DNA of 63,360 nucleotides, counting the filler, from Kipferlia bialata (lineage: Eukaryota), in assembly GCA_003568945.1 (NCBI GenBank). It is 4 parts of 4 records of this genome, joined end to end, with 100 filler letters (N's around TTAATTAATTAA, not from the genome) between each part and the next. Parts side by side here need not be neighbours in the genome. Positions count along the whole stretch, not along the records: positions 1 to 28,653 come from BDIP01000148.1; 3 more parts are not named here. One strand, 5' to 3'. The notes beneath the pieces are model-generated. The model saw only the letters and a program-made list of their open reading frames with translations. It was not told where the DNA came from and did no database searches. The number at the start of each line of letters is the position of its first letter. Within the stretch, counting starts at the first letter, position 1. The translations under genes and the position numbers were made by a program. This document shows positions 1-15,000 of the stretch, piece after piece.

Positions 1-48
<48 letters not shown>
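1..48. repeat. Poly-G tract at contig start
   Basis: 48 G; similar G/C runs at ~28605-28653, ~44572-44621, ~60870-60901 and 63343-63360 mark other contig ends. Confidence 0.9.
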
Positions 49-51
<3 letters not shown>

Positions 52-92
52 CTGATACCTATATACGTGTGTGCACCCACGCTCACCACAAG

Positions 93-3000
93 GAACAGGA
101 TCTAGAGGAGCACCCAGAGTTTGAGGGGATTGCCGTAACACTCAGGGTAAGATGTGAAGTGCTGCGTCTTAACTGTCTCCAAAATAAGAATCATACTTCA
201 GTACTCTCTTTCCTTCAAATCCGCAATGTCATCACAAAGTACACAAGCTGACCCAGGATGCCAGTCCTGTGTTCAAGCCTAGACCTGAGCAGAAGGCGAT
301 CCGCTCCTGTGCAGAGGTATACTGCACTGAGAATTGACATAGTCAATCCACCCAATACCCTGCTCACCCAATACCCTGCTCACCCTCCAGGCCCTAGGGT
401 TCATCACCATCAACACCCAGGTCCAGCTGGGGTCAGAGGCGGTATGTTGATACATATGCATATATTAGTCGGCATGAGTATATAGATATGACCTCTGGTG
501 GTATCTTAGCATGCCTGGATTGAGTATCATATCAGTCTGTGCGCTCTGTATCACTGGCCTCTGTCTCATTTCCCTCTGCTTCATTAATACCAGATAGCCA
601 CCCAGCACTACAACCGGATGATGAAACGCATTTCGCCACCTGAGGGCCCCGCGACCCCTCATATCACAACCTCCGACAAGGACCATAGCAATGCCCAGTA
701 CAAGGACACCCCCTTCATGGAGAGGTACGGGAGCCCCCCCTCCCCCCCCCATCCCCCCGTTACTTTGACACATTGACCAACTGCAGTGATTATGTCACTC
801 CTGAGGCGTTCCGTCTCATGTTCAAAGACGTCGAGGAGGACGTGAAGGCCTGCTTGCCAAAGACTGAGGGATCTGAGGTGCGTGTACACACTGGGAGTGA
901 TACTGGTCCATATTCTGCTACCTACGCTCCTTCCTCACTCAAGGACACAGACTCAGGCATCACGCTGGAGAAGGCCAAGGGGCTCACTGAGGTCATGAGG
1001 CCATACATGTACGAGAGGCATGCCCTCATGAGGGACTACAGCGAGGTGAGAGCTGTAGTGCAGTTGTGATACATACTTACCCTACCCCCCCCCCCATTAG
1101 ATGCACCTGTCATATCCTGTTGCTAACCCACTCACTCCCAGGTGGAGAGGTACTGGGACCCCCTCAAGCTGCAGGTCTGGCAGGTTACTCTGAAGCGCCT
1201 GTGGGTACTCATGGAGGACCTCAGTGACTGTGTGGATGACGTGGAGACACTCTTTAGAGACTTTTGTGCCGCGAGTGAGCAGGGCAAGGATTCTACCACT
1301 TGCAGCGAGGAGGTGCACCGCTACGTGTTCCTCTGTGATACCCCCACCACCACTGGCAAGGACAAGCAGGAGGTATCAGTATATATATGTATATCAGTAT
1401 CTGTATATATATATATATATATCTGTATCAGTATATATACTCACCGCTGGCAAGGACAAGCAGGAGGTATCAGTAGCAGTGTCGGTATATATACTCCGTA
1501 TACCAGTGCATATCATATATATAAGTACGAGTGTACCCCGGTATACTGGTACTGCTAGGGAGGACAAGCAGGAGGTATCGAGATGGGTGTCTCACCTCTT
1601 TGCCCCATAAACATTTGTGATTAGTCTTATCCATCGCCTGTTTCATCGGTGTCTCTCACCCTCAGCCTGCAACCAAGGTCATGCGCATCAGCCTCCCTAA
1701 CACCGATGAGCACGTGTCGCAGCCCCTGCTGGAGGAGACAGGACTCTATACAGATGGAGGGTATGTAGTATTCTGGTACTCAACTGGTTGGATGCTCAAA
1801 GTGTATACTGTTCATGGCTTCTGTCATATGGACTGTTTCCCCCTCATTTACGTCAGGTATGTGGAAGTTCCAGAGAGCGAGGTTGTGGAGACTCAGAGAG
1901 TGAGGGACACCGGCAAGACCTTCTACTGGAAGTTCATACCCTCCGACGAGAACTGTGAGGAGGCCAAGCCCCTGCATGCCGTGCTAGGTTGGCAAATACC
2001 TCTATCGTGTATGAATGCATCACGCAGAGATTCTCACCCCAGCGGGCACTGCTCTGCGGAGTGAGTCCAACATGACTGTGCTCCCTAGCGTTGTCAAGAT
2101 CTACAAGGTATGAATATCGATAAAGTGTAAGTCAGGTATCTATCCCTCTCACTGACAGTGTGACCCAATAGGTGTCTTGTTAGAAACTCACCCCAGACAG
2201 TGAAGGACCGCTCCGTCGTGTGCCTCACCAGGACTGGCAAGGAGGCCCCCTTTGAGTACACCACCACCTCCCAGCAGAGCACACTCCTCTACGTCGCATC
2301 AAGAGACAACACGGATGACAGAGGTAAGGTCCATATCTAATCCTAGAGCGATCAGAATCTGGCACTCACCACTCAGCTCGCCCCTACCGCCGGTTCTTTG
2401 TAGAGTACAAGTCATCGGATACCAGCTCTCTGATGCGCACCATTGTGGACAAGACCAACTTCCTGGAGAACGTGGCTGTGATCAAGAAGGTATGGTAGTG
2501 GGGGGGGGGGGGTTACAGCCATACATTGGGATTGGAGTCATGTGTCTCTGTATATCCTATATCCCATATATGTTCCCTCACCCAGGTGCTGTGTGTACTG
2601 ATGGAGTCCAAGGCCAACGGGGAGGACGGAGCCCCCAGACGGGACTATGCCAACCCCATGGAGAGGTGAGGGGTTGAGCTACGAGTCAGAGTGCGATATG
2701 GCAGTGATACTGGTACCAGTTATGTATGATGATCTCCGTCCTTGTTCTTTACTCACCCTAGCCTCACCCTGGCCCTAGAGAAGCACCCTTCGCTGCTCTA
2801 CTTTGCGTCTCCTGATCTTATTCAGGCCATCTTCCAGACAAGCAACTCTAACGCCCTGAAGAGGTTCTGGAGCGACAAGGTATTATTTGACTGTTCATAT
2901 ATTAGTCATGGTTTCAAGTAATCAGCAACATGAGGTCTTGTGTTTCGGGTGTTGTGTTGTATAACTGTACTCACTGCTCAGATCCCTGTCAAGGACAACC

Positions 3001-6000
3001 TCTGGTACTCTGAGGCTAGAGACACAGTAATGGAGCTCCTCACTGCCTCGTTCTTTGAGGATTCCAGCCCAAGGGTCACTGTTCTGAAGGTGAGTGAAGG
3101 AGTTCTATATGCATAATCGTTATAGCTTGTCTCTCATCCCCAGCAAGAGCACTGGGAGAGCATGAAGAAGATCATCCACACCGTGACTAAGCACAACATC
3201 AAGGAGATCGCCGTCGAGACCTCCAACGAGATCTCCACCACCCAGGACCTGATCAGGTTGTGTATTCGATTAGTCTCATTATCAATAGATGTGTTGTCTG
3301 GTTCATCCTGCTTCTCTCACTCCAGGGTGGCAGAGTCTTCCACTGTGACCTTTGTGCTTTTAAGGGTGTCTCACGACCTCTCTCCAGAGCAGATTGAGAA
3401 CCTCCTCGCTCAGGTGAGGAGCATGTTGATATACTGATGATGAGGCCAATGCCTTTGTATCGATGTGGTTCCTTGTCGTGAATCGTAATAGTGTGTTTAC
3501 CCACCGACTCCAACTCCAGGCAACCGGTGGTCTCCGCATTGTACTCATCAACTTCCCAGGCCTTGTGAGCATGATACCCAGTACGTGTGGTCATACTTAT
3601 ATTTCAGTATATGACTAGTGTCTCTCACCCTCAGGTACCACAGTCATGTGGATGCCCCCTTCTGTGCGGGAGGACAGTGACGAGACAGACCAGCTTGAGT
3701 TCGAGTCGGACTCTATTGTACAGGTTTGGACATGTTAGCTCTTGCCCTTGTTATTCATATATATTGAGTACTGCATCTATCTACCCCTCACCCAGGTTGT
3801 CCAGGGCATCAGCAGCTGCGCAGGCCTAGAGTTCACGGACATTGGCAAAGTGCAGGAGGACAGGAGAACCATGGTCGAGAACGTCCTGGAGTATGCCAGG
3901 AGCCGCTGGGATACAGTCACAAGTGGCGTCAGGCTGCTAGAGGAGTGGGCCGGTTCCGAGTATGATCCTGAGGACATGCTTCGAGTAGTGCCAGAGATTC
4001 TGGCTCCTGGGCTGCCCCGTAGGGACTTCAGGTGGGACTGTCCGTCGAGATATGTAATTCTCATCATATTCTTGGGCCTCACTGATGCATCTGTACTCAC
4101 TCCAGGGACCTGATTCATGGGTGCAACGTCAAGGTGGAGCTCCTTGACTGCAGGAACAGGCCCTTTGCCCAGTTCAAGAAGATGTGCGGCAAGGGAACTG
4201 CTCCCATAGTGCTCCACAACATCAGAGACCGGGACGCCAACTATGACACGGTAGGATGAATACTATACGGCTACGTTGCTCTTCTCTATAGCATTACTCT
4301 CACCTCAGTGGTTCGAGGAGGCCAAGAAGAAGAACCGCCGTGTCATCATATACTGCAAGAGCTCGTCGGTGCTCATCTTTGGGGACCACAACCTGACCTC
4401 CAAGATCCTTCCAATCGAGCGCCCCATGGATGTCCAGCACCCACTGCCCATCCACACCCACCTCATGGGGTTCCCCGCACCCATTGACAAGCCCGTGTCT
4501 GAGGACCCTGACATGGATGCGGAGCCTGAGTCCATCCTTGATGTTCTGGGTGAGTGTTGGGCTGTCGGTGAGGAGGAGGAGGCTGAGGATGGTGACATAG
4601 AGTCTGAGGGTAGAAACATGCTGGAGGACGCTGTGGACGATGAGGGTGAGGCTGTTCTCGAGACACCCATGTTGTGTGTGTCTGACGTCGGCCCTTTCCA
4701 CTTCTTCATTCAGGACCCTGTTGTGAGGCTCTTCAGTGACCAGGTAGAGTGTGTAGTACATCCTATCTGTCTATGACTCTTTAGGTCCTCTCATACCAGG
4801 ACCGTGTCGTTATGTACCTCCGCAGTCTCGGTGTTACTCTAAGGAACTACGTGCCAGGCAGACGTACCTTCGGGGAACCCCTGCAGGAGTCTCTCTCGAT
4901 GGACCATTGGGACTACCAGGTCTCTGACAGTAAGGCAGGGGGTGATGAGGAGGGATCTGAGGCCCCCATTCCTATACCTGCCGTTGTCTTCCCCCATGCG
5001 TCCATCAGCACCCTATCCTTCGAGAAGGCCATGCTCCAGGTAGGGATGTTGTGGTACATGTCTATATATGAATATCAGTCCTCTGTCTCTGCTGACACTG
5101 ACCCCAGAGTGTCGAGAAGGCTCAGAACATGGGATGGCACCGCCTTGCCACCGAGGGCAACACTGTCTCTGGCCAGGCCATGCTCCGTGCCCTCTCTGCC
5201 ACCCCTGACAAGCTGCTATTCATGCTGTCCCTCAACCCGTCAGACATCCATGGTCTCACAGAGCGCATGCACAGCTCCCCTGCGCTGGTCAAGGCCCTCT
5301 CCCGGTACTTCGCCTTTGCTTGGGGCCACATCCTCCCCTGTCTGGTTGGCACTAGGCACCGCTACGTGCCTGTCTCTGACTCACCTTCCGACAAGGAGGA
5401 GCGTAACTATGACCTCAAGGTCTTCTATTCTCAGAGGCCCAAGCTCTTTACTGCCATATCTACCCTCTTCTGTTCACTGCAACTGGCATGTGGCCGTTGT
5501 GGTATCACAGATGAGGACTCCGGTCTCGTGGCCTGCAGCAACCTGACGGACATTGCCTGGGAGATTGCAAGTACGTGTGTTATGTATGAGAGAGCGTCTC
5601 TTGGTTGGTTAATGTTGTGCCCATGTCTCCTCTTACCCTAGGCACCCGCATGTCCTTCAACAGCTCCAGAGACCCAGCCCATGCAGTGTCTCTCTTTGCC
5701 TGTGACTCCGAGACCCTTCTACAGCACCAGTCCACCTTCATGAGAAGGTTCTTCCAGGCAGACAGGCTGCGTGAGATTGCAGCTCTCTCCAAGCACAACA
5801 CCCTCCGCATTGGTGCTTCTGTCATCAAGTACGCCCAGGCCAACGGAGCGGGTCCTGTGGGTGACGTCGATGACGAGCTGGTGAGGTTCTTCACTGCCGT
5901 TGCCACCAAGGAGCATGCTGAGATCCCTCCCAACATGCAGCTGACTCTGGCTGCCCTGGCATGCATTCTGGCTCAGGCTGGGTCGGAGCATGTCGAGCGG

Positions 6001-9000
6001 TGGTGGCACACGTGTCAGGTCCATCTCTTGGGGCAGCATCACGCTGGTGAAGGGCACCCTCTGCTATCAGCGACCCTGCGCCAGCTGGATCTATCCACTG
6101 CTGCCGTGGCGCAGCTGGCTCAGGCTGTCCCACTGCCAGACGGTTGGGACTCTGCGGACCCTCGGGAGCAGTTCTTTGGCAAGCTGTCTCGGGCTATCCA
6201 CATTGCCAGTGAGTCTAGGCACGTCGACTGTCCCGCTACTGAGGAGGAGGACGCTTTCGACCCCGACATGGTTGCTGAGGTGGAGGCTGGCGTAATTGAC
6301 ACCGAGGCAGAGACCCCTGTCCCTGAGGCCCCACAGGAAGATGATGCCTCTGTAGAGTGTGTCGGCGCTGATGACGTCGAGGTCGGTATCGACGGGGAGG
6401 TATCGGCAGAGGAGGCTCCTGCTGATCAGGAAGAGGTGTTGCCCCCTCCAGTTGTGGAGGAGGAGGAGGAGGAGGAGGAGGAGAATGACAGTGAAGACCT
6501 TGTGAAACGCATTAAGGAGTGCGCTGAGGATCTGTTCGACTACATGGTTGAGAACAATGTCCAGGTATCCCGGTAGAGCACGTTCTTCTTCCTTTCATGT
6601 TGACATACCCCTATTAATACTACTCTCTCACCACAGGTCACCTTGACCCCCAAGGTCCCTGCCCTCACCCACCTGGTCATCGTCCACTATGGCTATGACC
6701 GTGTGTGGGATGTCATGTCTATCATCAGGCGTGTGTCTCTCAGCAACCTTCTCTGGCAGATTAGCCACATGGAATCTGAGCGGCCCTTTCCCCTCCAGGT
6801 CTTCTGCTGGACACACACCCCAGACAAGCAGCTGCTGCTCCTACCCCTTACCGGCAACGACGCCAGGGACACCAAGGACATGCGCTCTGAGTTCATTGAT
6901 AACTCCAGTGTCAAGGCGCTCCTGCGTCGGGGAGTTGACAGGCTCGGCCGGGGACAGTACCAGGACGGGATCCTCAGGGCCTCTGTACACTGCCAGTTCC
7001 TCCTGGAGCCCTATGTTCTGTCTCCCTTCATGTACAACGCATGCGCCAAGCAGCTTGGGAAGACTTCACTCAAGTGGGAGGTATACAGTGTCGGCCAAGA
7101 GGGGCACGAGAATGACTCACACCCATGGCCTCCATACAGCATAATGTAAGTCCGAATATTTTGTGGAGTCCGTTTGTATTATGTCGTTGAGACGCATCAC
7201 TTACACAAGGGGATGCCGCCGACCACTGTCCCAGGAGTGCATCCAGCGGTTAGTCAGCCAAGTCCGACCAGGCTCTCTCCCAGCCCTGCCCAGTGCATTC
7301 CAGATGCCAGTGCTGGATGCAGGCCTGACCCCTCAGCGTGTCGTAGAGAACGCACATATCCTCAACGAGCTCATGAGACTCCAGAAGAGGAACAGTGGCA
7401 CCATCGACTACATCATCACCACCATCATGTGCTGGTTCTCCTTTGCTGGGTTCACAAGGGCACAGATGAACAGAATGGCACCTCATCTTAAGAAGTTTGA
7501 CCTCAATAAGGTCAACTTGAAGTCCCTTACTGGCGTGCCCCTGGCGCCGTTCGTCAACGTGTACTGGCAGACTGCCGATGTGGAGCTCTTCACCCCCAAC
7601 TTCCTCGGCCAGACCGCAGAGATGCTCAACTCTGTCCGCCTTTTCTTCGGCCAGGAGTCCCAGTTCCTCAAGGATACCGACATCAGTGAGCATGGCATGG
7701 ACTGTCTGCGTGACACCTGCGATGTCGCTGCAGCGTCCATCACTGCGTCCTTCCCCACAGATGCCATCGAGAGGGTTGAACGTGTCGGCCCAATCGTCAG
7801 TCTGTTCAAGACTCTGGAGACCTCTTGCGGCCGCCGTACTGAGTACGTCACCATGGCAGTCAACAGGTTTGTACAGGGACTCAAGGACTCTCAGCACAAG
7901 AAGGAGGTGTTCTCTTGTGTCTGGACCCTGTGTGCCCCCACTAGAGACAATGGGGGTCGCGTCCTTGCCAAGGTGATGAAGGCATACAAGGATTGCAACT
8001 ACATGGTGTCGCAGCCGACACAGAACGAGATAGGATGGGCTGTGGGTGCGCTGGGAGACAAGTTCCCTGAGATGGCTAAGCTGCTCAGTGCTGTGACTCT
8101 CAAGGATGACGGCACTAGGATAGCCGCCGGCTCTGAGATGGAACTCAAACTAAAGAGACACATGTTCAATAAGCCGTCTGTGACTCCTGAGAGGTGCTCC
8201 TTTGTGTTTGGATCTGCATTTGCTCCTCCAAAGCCTCATGATGACTGGGTACAGAGACATACGTCGGCTGGTAGTTCCAACAGCGGCATGGGGCTGCCTC
8301 GTCTTGCAGGAGGCAGACGCCAACTGGTCACTGGTGACGACGACGACGACGAGACGTTTAAGGTACCCATATCTTGGTAGTGTTATAATGCTGGTATGTA
8401 TTCACTGCCAGGTTCCCACTCTGTTCCACCCCTCCCAGATCGGTGTCCGGAGCAGACACGAGGGGCACGCCATCAGGTACTGAGTATAGGGTGTTCTCTT
8501 TTACTTCATCGCTTCTACATTATGATCCTACCCACCCTAGGAGCCTTGCTCAGTCTGTGGATATGGTTGATGAGCTCTTCACCAAGAACAAGGAGTTTGC
8601 CCCTATCTTTAGGTGCAACGGCCTGCTCAAGGCCACCGACGTGGACAGAGGCATGTATTCGGAGGTTAAGGTATGTGATAGTAACGGTGGAGGTACTGTC
8701 TGGAACGTTCTAGCCACTGTCTCACACCCAAGATCCTGCCCGGCACAGACGTTCTGTTCACCAGTCACGGGGTGGGGAGGTACCTGAAGGGAGAGTCCGA
8801 GCGCCACCAGCGCCATGTGTTCGACAGTTGTACCTTCAGCTCAGAGGAGAGAGAGAACGTTGGGGATGAAGGTATGCTATTTACTTGTATGTATATGACA
8901 AGCGACTATTCACAGTGAATGCTCACGACAGGCTCCATTGTGCGTGTCTTTATAGACAACGGAGAAGCCTACCAGTTCCTCAAGCGTGTCAATGCCCCCT

Positions 9001-12000
9001 TTGTGCTGTATGGACCCAACATCATGATGCGTAGGACAGAGCACAAGGGATTCCTGCCTTGCATGACACACAGGTGGGCGTGTAATTGTCTATATGCAAG
9101 TGTGTTCTCTAATGATCAGGCTGCCAAGTATGGAGACTGCCCACATACCCCTCCACCAGCTCCTTGCATCCTGGCGCCTTCTCGGTGACATCTGCTTCCC
9201 GGACCAGGTACATGATCTTTCTGCGTTCTGTACTTGTGTGGTACCCTCACAGTGTTACTAAATCCCTTACACTTTAGGTCCAGCAGCTCCTGCACTTCAT
9301 CGACTTCCTGGCAATGGCCGGTTTTGAGTACTCGAGGGATGACGCTGATGCCACCAATCCAGCATATGACGTGATGACTGAGGACCATGAGACACCGCCA
9401 GACTTCCAGGTTTGCTAATGCACCTAATAATCTGTTGTCACTGGTTCTCTGCTTTCCTTACTCAGGCTTTTCTTCGCCAGTCCCAGGCAATCAGGCAGGA
9501 GACGTGGTACGGTGACTTCCTGCAGCATGAGAGAGACTTCTGCGGTGCACTTCTAGAGGTTGTCCAAGAATATCACAACTCCACAGGATTGATAGGAGGT
9601 GGTATGAACCTCGATGCTGCCTTCAGTGACCATGACAGACTGAAGAAGTTTGCCAGCGGGGATAACAGATACGTGAAGAAGGTACTTGTTTTGAGTGATA
9701 ACCCAATATTGCATCCTATTCTTACCGACATATCACGTCCAATTTCTCTTTTTGACTTTAGGCGTTCCGGACCTTCAGGCTCAGAGCCAAGGCAGTCATC
9801 AACGGGCCTCCGGACTCTCTTGAGGTCGGGACCCTCTCTGCCATTCTGCGCATCTGCTCAGGCACACCAGACGGACACACGGCAGGGGACTCAGACAAGA
9901 CCAGCAAGCAGGACAGTCACATATTCCGCTTCGCAGCACCAGAGTTCATGGCTGAGGTGGCCCGTGTACTTAAGGGTGTGTGCGAGCGGTGCACCGACAC
10001 GAGAGATACCCTGCGTCTCAATGAAGTGATAGAGGAGGAGGGGATTGATGCAGGTGCCGTCAACACTGCCTACAGCCAGCCTCCCACAACCTACCCAGAC
10101 GACAATGAGGTGTTTAGAGGTGGGGATTCCAACCAGTTCTACGATGCCAACGAGCGCCGCTGCGGCACTGGCACCCAGAGTGGGTCGTCCCTCCTTCCTG
10201 TGTCAATCTTTGACGGCAACACAGACTGCTACTACCTGTCTCTTCAGGAACTGAAGAAGGAGCCGATATACTCCCCTTCCTCTGGGATGGAGCTCGGGTT
10301 CTTTGTGGATAGGAAGATCCTCAAGGTATAGTGTATATAGTGTAATATATATAGTGTTCTGCAACTATTGACATATATAGGCTACATAGTCTAGAGGATC
10401 TTCATTAGCCGTTCTGACTCCTCAGGAGGCCCTTCGTTCCCTCGACGAGAAGGAGGACGACACTGTCGGGTTCGACAGCATCACCGGAGACTTTGACTGG
10501 GGGGATATGTCAGAGGGCACCACAGACACTATAGACAAGTTCCAGATTAGGTCAAAGCTTCTGACATGGGTGAGTTTATACCATTGTGTTCCATGTTCGG
10601 ATATACAGATCTGATACCAGGTGTGTGACACTCTGATGACTCCTCTCTCGGCTGAGAAGAAGCAGACCCTCCTAGGGTTCCTCGAGAAGATGGACTGCCA
10701 GTTCCATGAGCTTGACAAGGTGATGAGCAAGGAAGACGACGGGTCTGGGCGCCGCCACTCTGGCATGTCTCCTGCAGACATCTCGCCCCGCATCATCCTA
10801 CACTGTCTGGCCACAGAGTTCCCCACAGAGACACCTCAGCTCAGTGCCTTCAGGACATCTCTGCTCAGCAAGGCGGCTCTGAATGGACCTGAGGTGGGGC
10901 AGATGGCAGTTTCCACTCTTCGATTCTGGGTATATATACCAACATCCTGAGATTCCAATAGCACTGTTCGGCACCTCTCACATCAGATCACTCAGTTCAC
11001 CACCCGCAAGTCTGGCTATGGTATCTACATCGTGGCTCCCAGGGTGGCTGACATGCTTAGACAGCACCAGATCACCTTCACAGTCGTGGACGCCAGTGCC
11101 CAGGACGGGGCGGGAAACAACACAGATGTAGGGACACTGCAAGTGTACTATTCTAATTTGACGTTAATTGTATCATATTGATGTCAGGTCATCCAGAAGC
11201 TGTACCTGGATATTTGCCGGTCCTTCTCGCACCTGTGCTGCTTTGTGTATGTCAAGGGCCGCACCACCATCGACGACTCCCTCCTGAAGGTGAGACTCTA
11301 TCACATCACATCACAGTATGCTACACGTTTTGTATTTCTAACTCAGTGGTGTGCAGAGTTCACCAAGAAGACCCCCTGGCGCTACATATTCTTCGAGTCC
11401 TGCAACATTGCATGGAACCTCCCCGAGAACAGAGATAGGTAGGTGCTTGAGGGTAAGTGAGGCTTACGTGTTGAGAGAATGTGCGGCTGGTTTTCAATTG
11501 TTTACGTCTCAGGTGCAACACCGAGCATGCAGATGGCTTCACGTCTCGGACCCTGGCAGACCTCAAGGTGTGGGTCCTAGTTTGCTTATAGGATTCTTAT
11601 CTGTTGTAGTCAAGTAGTCATAGTCAAAACTTACCCTAAGGCCGCTGCCGGGATGCGTCCCCTTCACAAGGACAAGTTCGCTGAGTTCGTGGAGACATCC
11701 ACGTTTGGAGAGCTTCAGACACAGATGTACGTATGCAGTGGAGTTAGAGCCTGATGTAGACTCATTACACACACATCCACTAACGTCAGGGGCAACGGCA
11801 CTGTCTCGAACTGGGACTACGCTATGGGATACGACATCGACTTCCAGGAGAAGGTGGGTTGCTAGTCAATTATACTATGGCAGCGAATAACACCCAGGTG
11901 GACAGATTCATCAACAACGATGAGTACCGCATCATGCTCCTGTCCTCCCCTCCAGGTACTGTGTGATACCGTATTCGGGTGCTAATGGCGAGTTCTCCGT

Positions 12001-15000
12001 CGATATACTCACTCTTACAGGTGCCGGCAAGACCTACTATGTCGAGGACAAGCTGAAGAAGGACCAGAAGGGACAGACGAAGCGCTTTGATGGCAGTGAT
12101 GACAGGTAGGGTGGCATACTTTGTATACACAGACTAGCATCGATATGTCTCTTTCGAGTTTTTACATCAGGCTTGTGTTTGACTCTCTGGACTCCATCCT
12201 CAACGGTCTAGTAGATACCAAGGCACAGAACAAGCAGATCCTCATCATTGATGAGTACCACATGCTCATGAGACAGCATAAGGAGGCTCTCTTCAATTGG
12301 CTCAACCGCAACGACAATGTGGGTTATGTGTATACTTTGCCCTGTATTACGTAATATAAAGCTGACTATCTCGGTTGCCTCATTCCATGACGACGCTGAC
12401 AAGCAGGTCCGTGGTCTTCTGATTGCCAACAGGCTGGATGCTGATGATGATGCCCTCGTCAAGGAGTTCATGTCCAAGAGAAAGAACTCACGTACGTTAT
12501 TGGTATACCATATTCTTACGCACACGTAACCACAGGGGGCAACGAGGGATCTGTGGCAGTTGACTACGCTGGAGAGTGCATCCGGTCGGAGTCCATGATC
12601 AGCCTAGCCAGGTACCCATGCTGTAAGTATATCTTCCTCCTTGGTTGTTCGCTACAGTATCTGACTGATAGGCTGGGCAAGGTGTACAACAAGGAGCAGA
12701 ACCAGGACAAGGGCTGTTGGGTCAGGCTGCAGATGTGGTACATTGCCTCTCGCCTGCTGCTCGGTGAGTAAGATCTGAAGCATAATCTAGCACAATCCTA
12801 ACCTGTTAGCCACATGCACTAATTCCCAGGAGAGGACTCCATATCCCTCCGTCTTGTGGACGCCCTCACCCAGCAGTTGGCAGTGGAGAAGCCCGATCAG
12901 GACGAGTACGTGTACCATATCTGGACTACATATACCCGCACTGTGATACCTTCATTGATGACGGTATACTTACTTCAGGCTCACCCGCATCCTGCAGGAG
13001 AAGATGCCCACCATCTCCCCTGTCACCTGTGAGACATTCGTGGAGGTCTACTGCAAGGCAATCTGCGAAAGATCATTCAAGTGCGTATGTCCACCCTATT
13101 TGTGTCTCCTCAGGTTCCTATTGTTTCTATAGACCACTCATAACAGATTCGATATGTTCCTGCAGTCTCTGCTCCCCAATGCAGGTCCCTTTGGACTCAT
13201 GATGGCCATGGTGGCTGAGATGGTCTACGGACAGAGGTATGCCTTAGTCCCTGTTTCTGCTCTAGTGAAGGTACTAAGTTCATGTGTATTGACTGCCAGG
13301 TACAAGAGCCGGAGGGCCAGTGGGCTGGACTTCACTGAGCGCATCGCCTCCTTCACAGACTTTGGGGCCAGACAGGTACAGATATTGTGGGGTGGTATCC
13401 TCTAACCTCTCAGTCTGACAGTACTAACAGTACTAACAATAGCTCAAGGGCACTGCCAAGAACTCCCCTGAGGTCAGAGTGGCTGCCTACGCTGTGTACC
13501 TGCACAACAAGGTGTTCCCTAACGGAGAGAGAGACCACGACAGCACACAGTTGCTGTTCAGGAATGCATTCGTGCACCAGGTTGGTATAGTACATGTTGG
13601 GTTACGATCGCCCTCTAATCCCAGGTCGGAGTCCCCTACCAGCTAGCAGATCTCCGCATGAGAGGCGGTGACCACTATGCATTCTCCTGGGGTGACAAGC
13701 ACAAGTTCCAGGACCTCGCCGCAATCAAGAAGGCCCTCGAGGTATGCGTACTGTTTATCCCTCTACTTCTTTGTACACATGTTCCTTCCCCCACCTCAGG
13801 TTGGTCACTCTGTGGACTGGGAGAATGTCAGGGAGGTGTGGCAGAACTACCAGCTCAACGACGCTGCGGCATTCGCTGCCCTGCTCTCGGCCACCAAGGT
13901 ATACATATATATAGATATGTATAGATATGTATATGCCCACTCATGTCGTATGAACCGCCATTGTATGTCCACTCGCATTGACATCTAGGACCCCAAGCAG
14001 TGTCTGAGTGCAGTCATGCCCAGCAACATGAGGAAGCTTCTGGGAGACGCAGATCCCCAGGTATATGAGTATTTCATGTCGCTTGGTTTCATTGCTCTGA
14101 GTACTAGGCCTAGTATTTCACTGTAGATGAGAGTCCTGTCTCTATTGATATCTCCTTCTGACACTAGAACAGCCAGAACATCGCGAGGTCCCTCATTGTG
14201 CACCAGGTATACGCCAAGACTGTCCCCCAGAGCATCCAGCTGCCTCTAAAGTTCAACGAGGATGATGTACGTATTTTGAGTTCTTATCTTCCAGAACAAT
14301 GCAAAAATACTTATTGTCTAATGATACTATATTGATACACTATCTTATCTTCAGGACAACAGCACTGCAGACATCATGCCCTTTGCAGCCTGGATTGTCA
14401 TCAAGCACTCCACAAACACACCCCTAGTCAAGGAGCTGGCTGAGAATCCCATGCTAGTGCTCCTCGGTCTCCTCTGGGCTGCTAGGAGGTGGGTCAAGTG
14501 GAGGGGTCTCCTTTATTTCTCCGAGTATATCTGGATACCCACCCGTCCTGTCTCACCCTCAGCGGTGCTCAGCAGTTCTCCGCCCCAAAGGACCATGTTC
14601 TTGAGGCAGACTCTATGCTCAGAAAGCACCTCATGTCCAGCCTGCAGTGCATCCTAGACGGCACCATCCCCTGTGAGGACAGGGAGGCAACAGCAGCAGA
14701 GCTCTTTGGCAATGTCCACTTCAGCCGGTTCCTGCTCCATGAGGCCTCTCTTGATTCACTTGCTGAGGCCCGCCGCATAGGAGTGCCTGACAGTCTGACC
14801 CTAGCCTTCTGCAGACTACTGCCCAGGGTTTCAGTCAGTGACATGTGGCCCAGGGTGAGTCGTGTGGATACCTCATATATATGTGTCCCTGTTTGACTGC
14901 CTATCCACCATCGCGTTAGCAATTGCTATCCATACCTTACTCCAGGAGCAGCGGCATCTGTACAATTGCCTCGAGGCCCCTGACAAGCTGGCGTCGGCAG

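Noticed and set aside
3777..7897. Long antisense ORFs (e.g. 3777-4217, 4300-4761, 7250-7897) as overlapping genes
   Set aside because: Shadows of C/G-ending codon bias on the coding strand; no splice structure or recognisable motifs.
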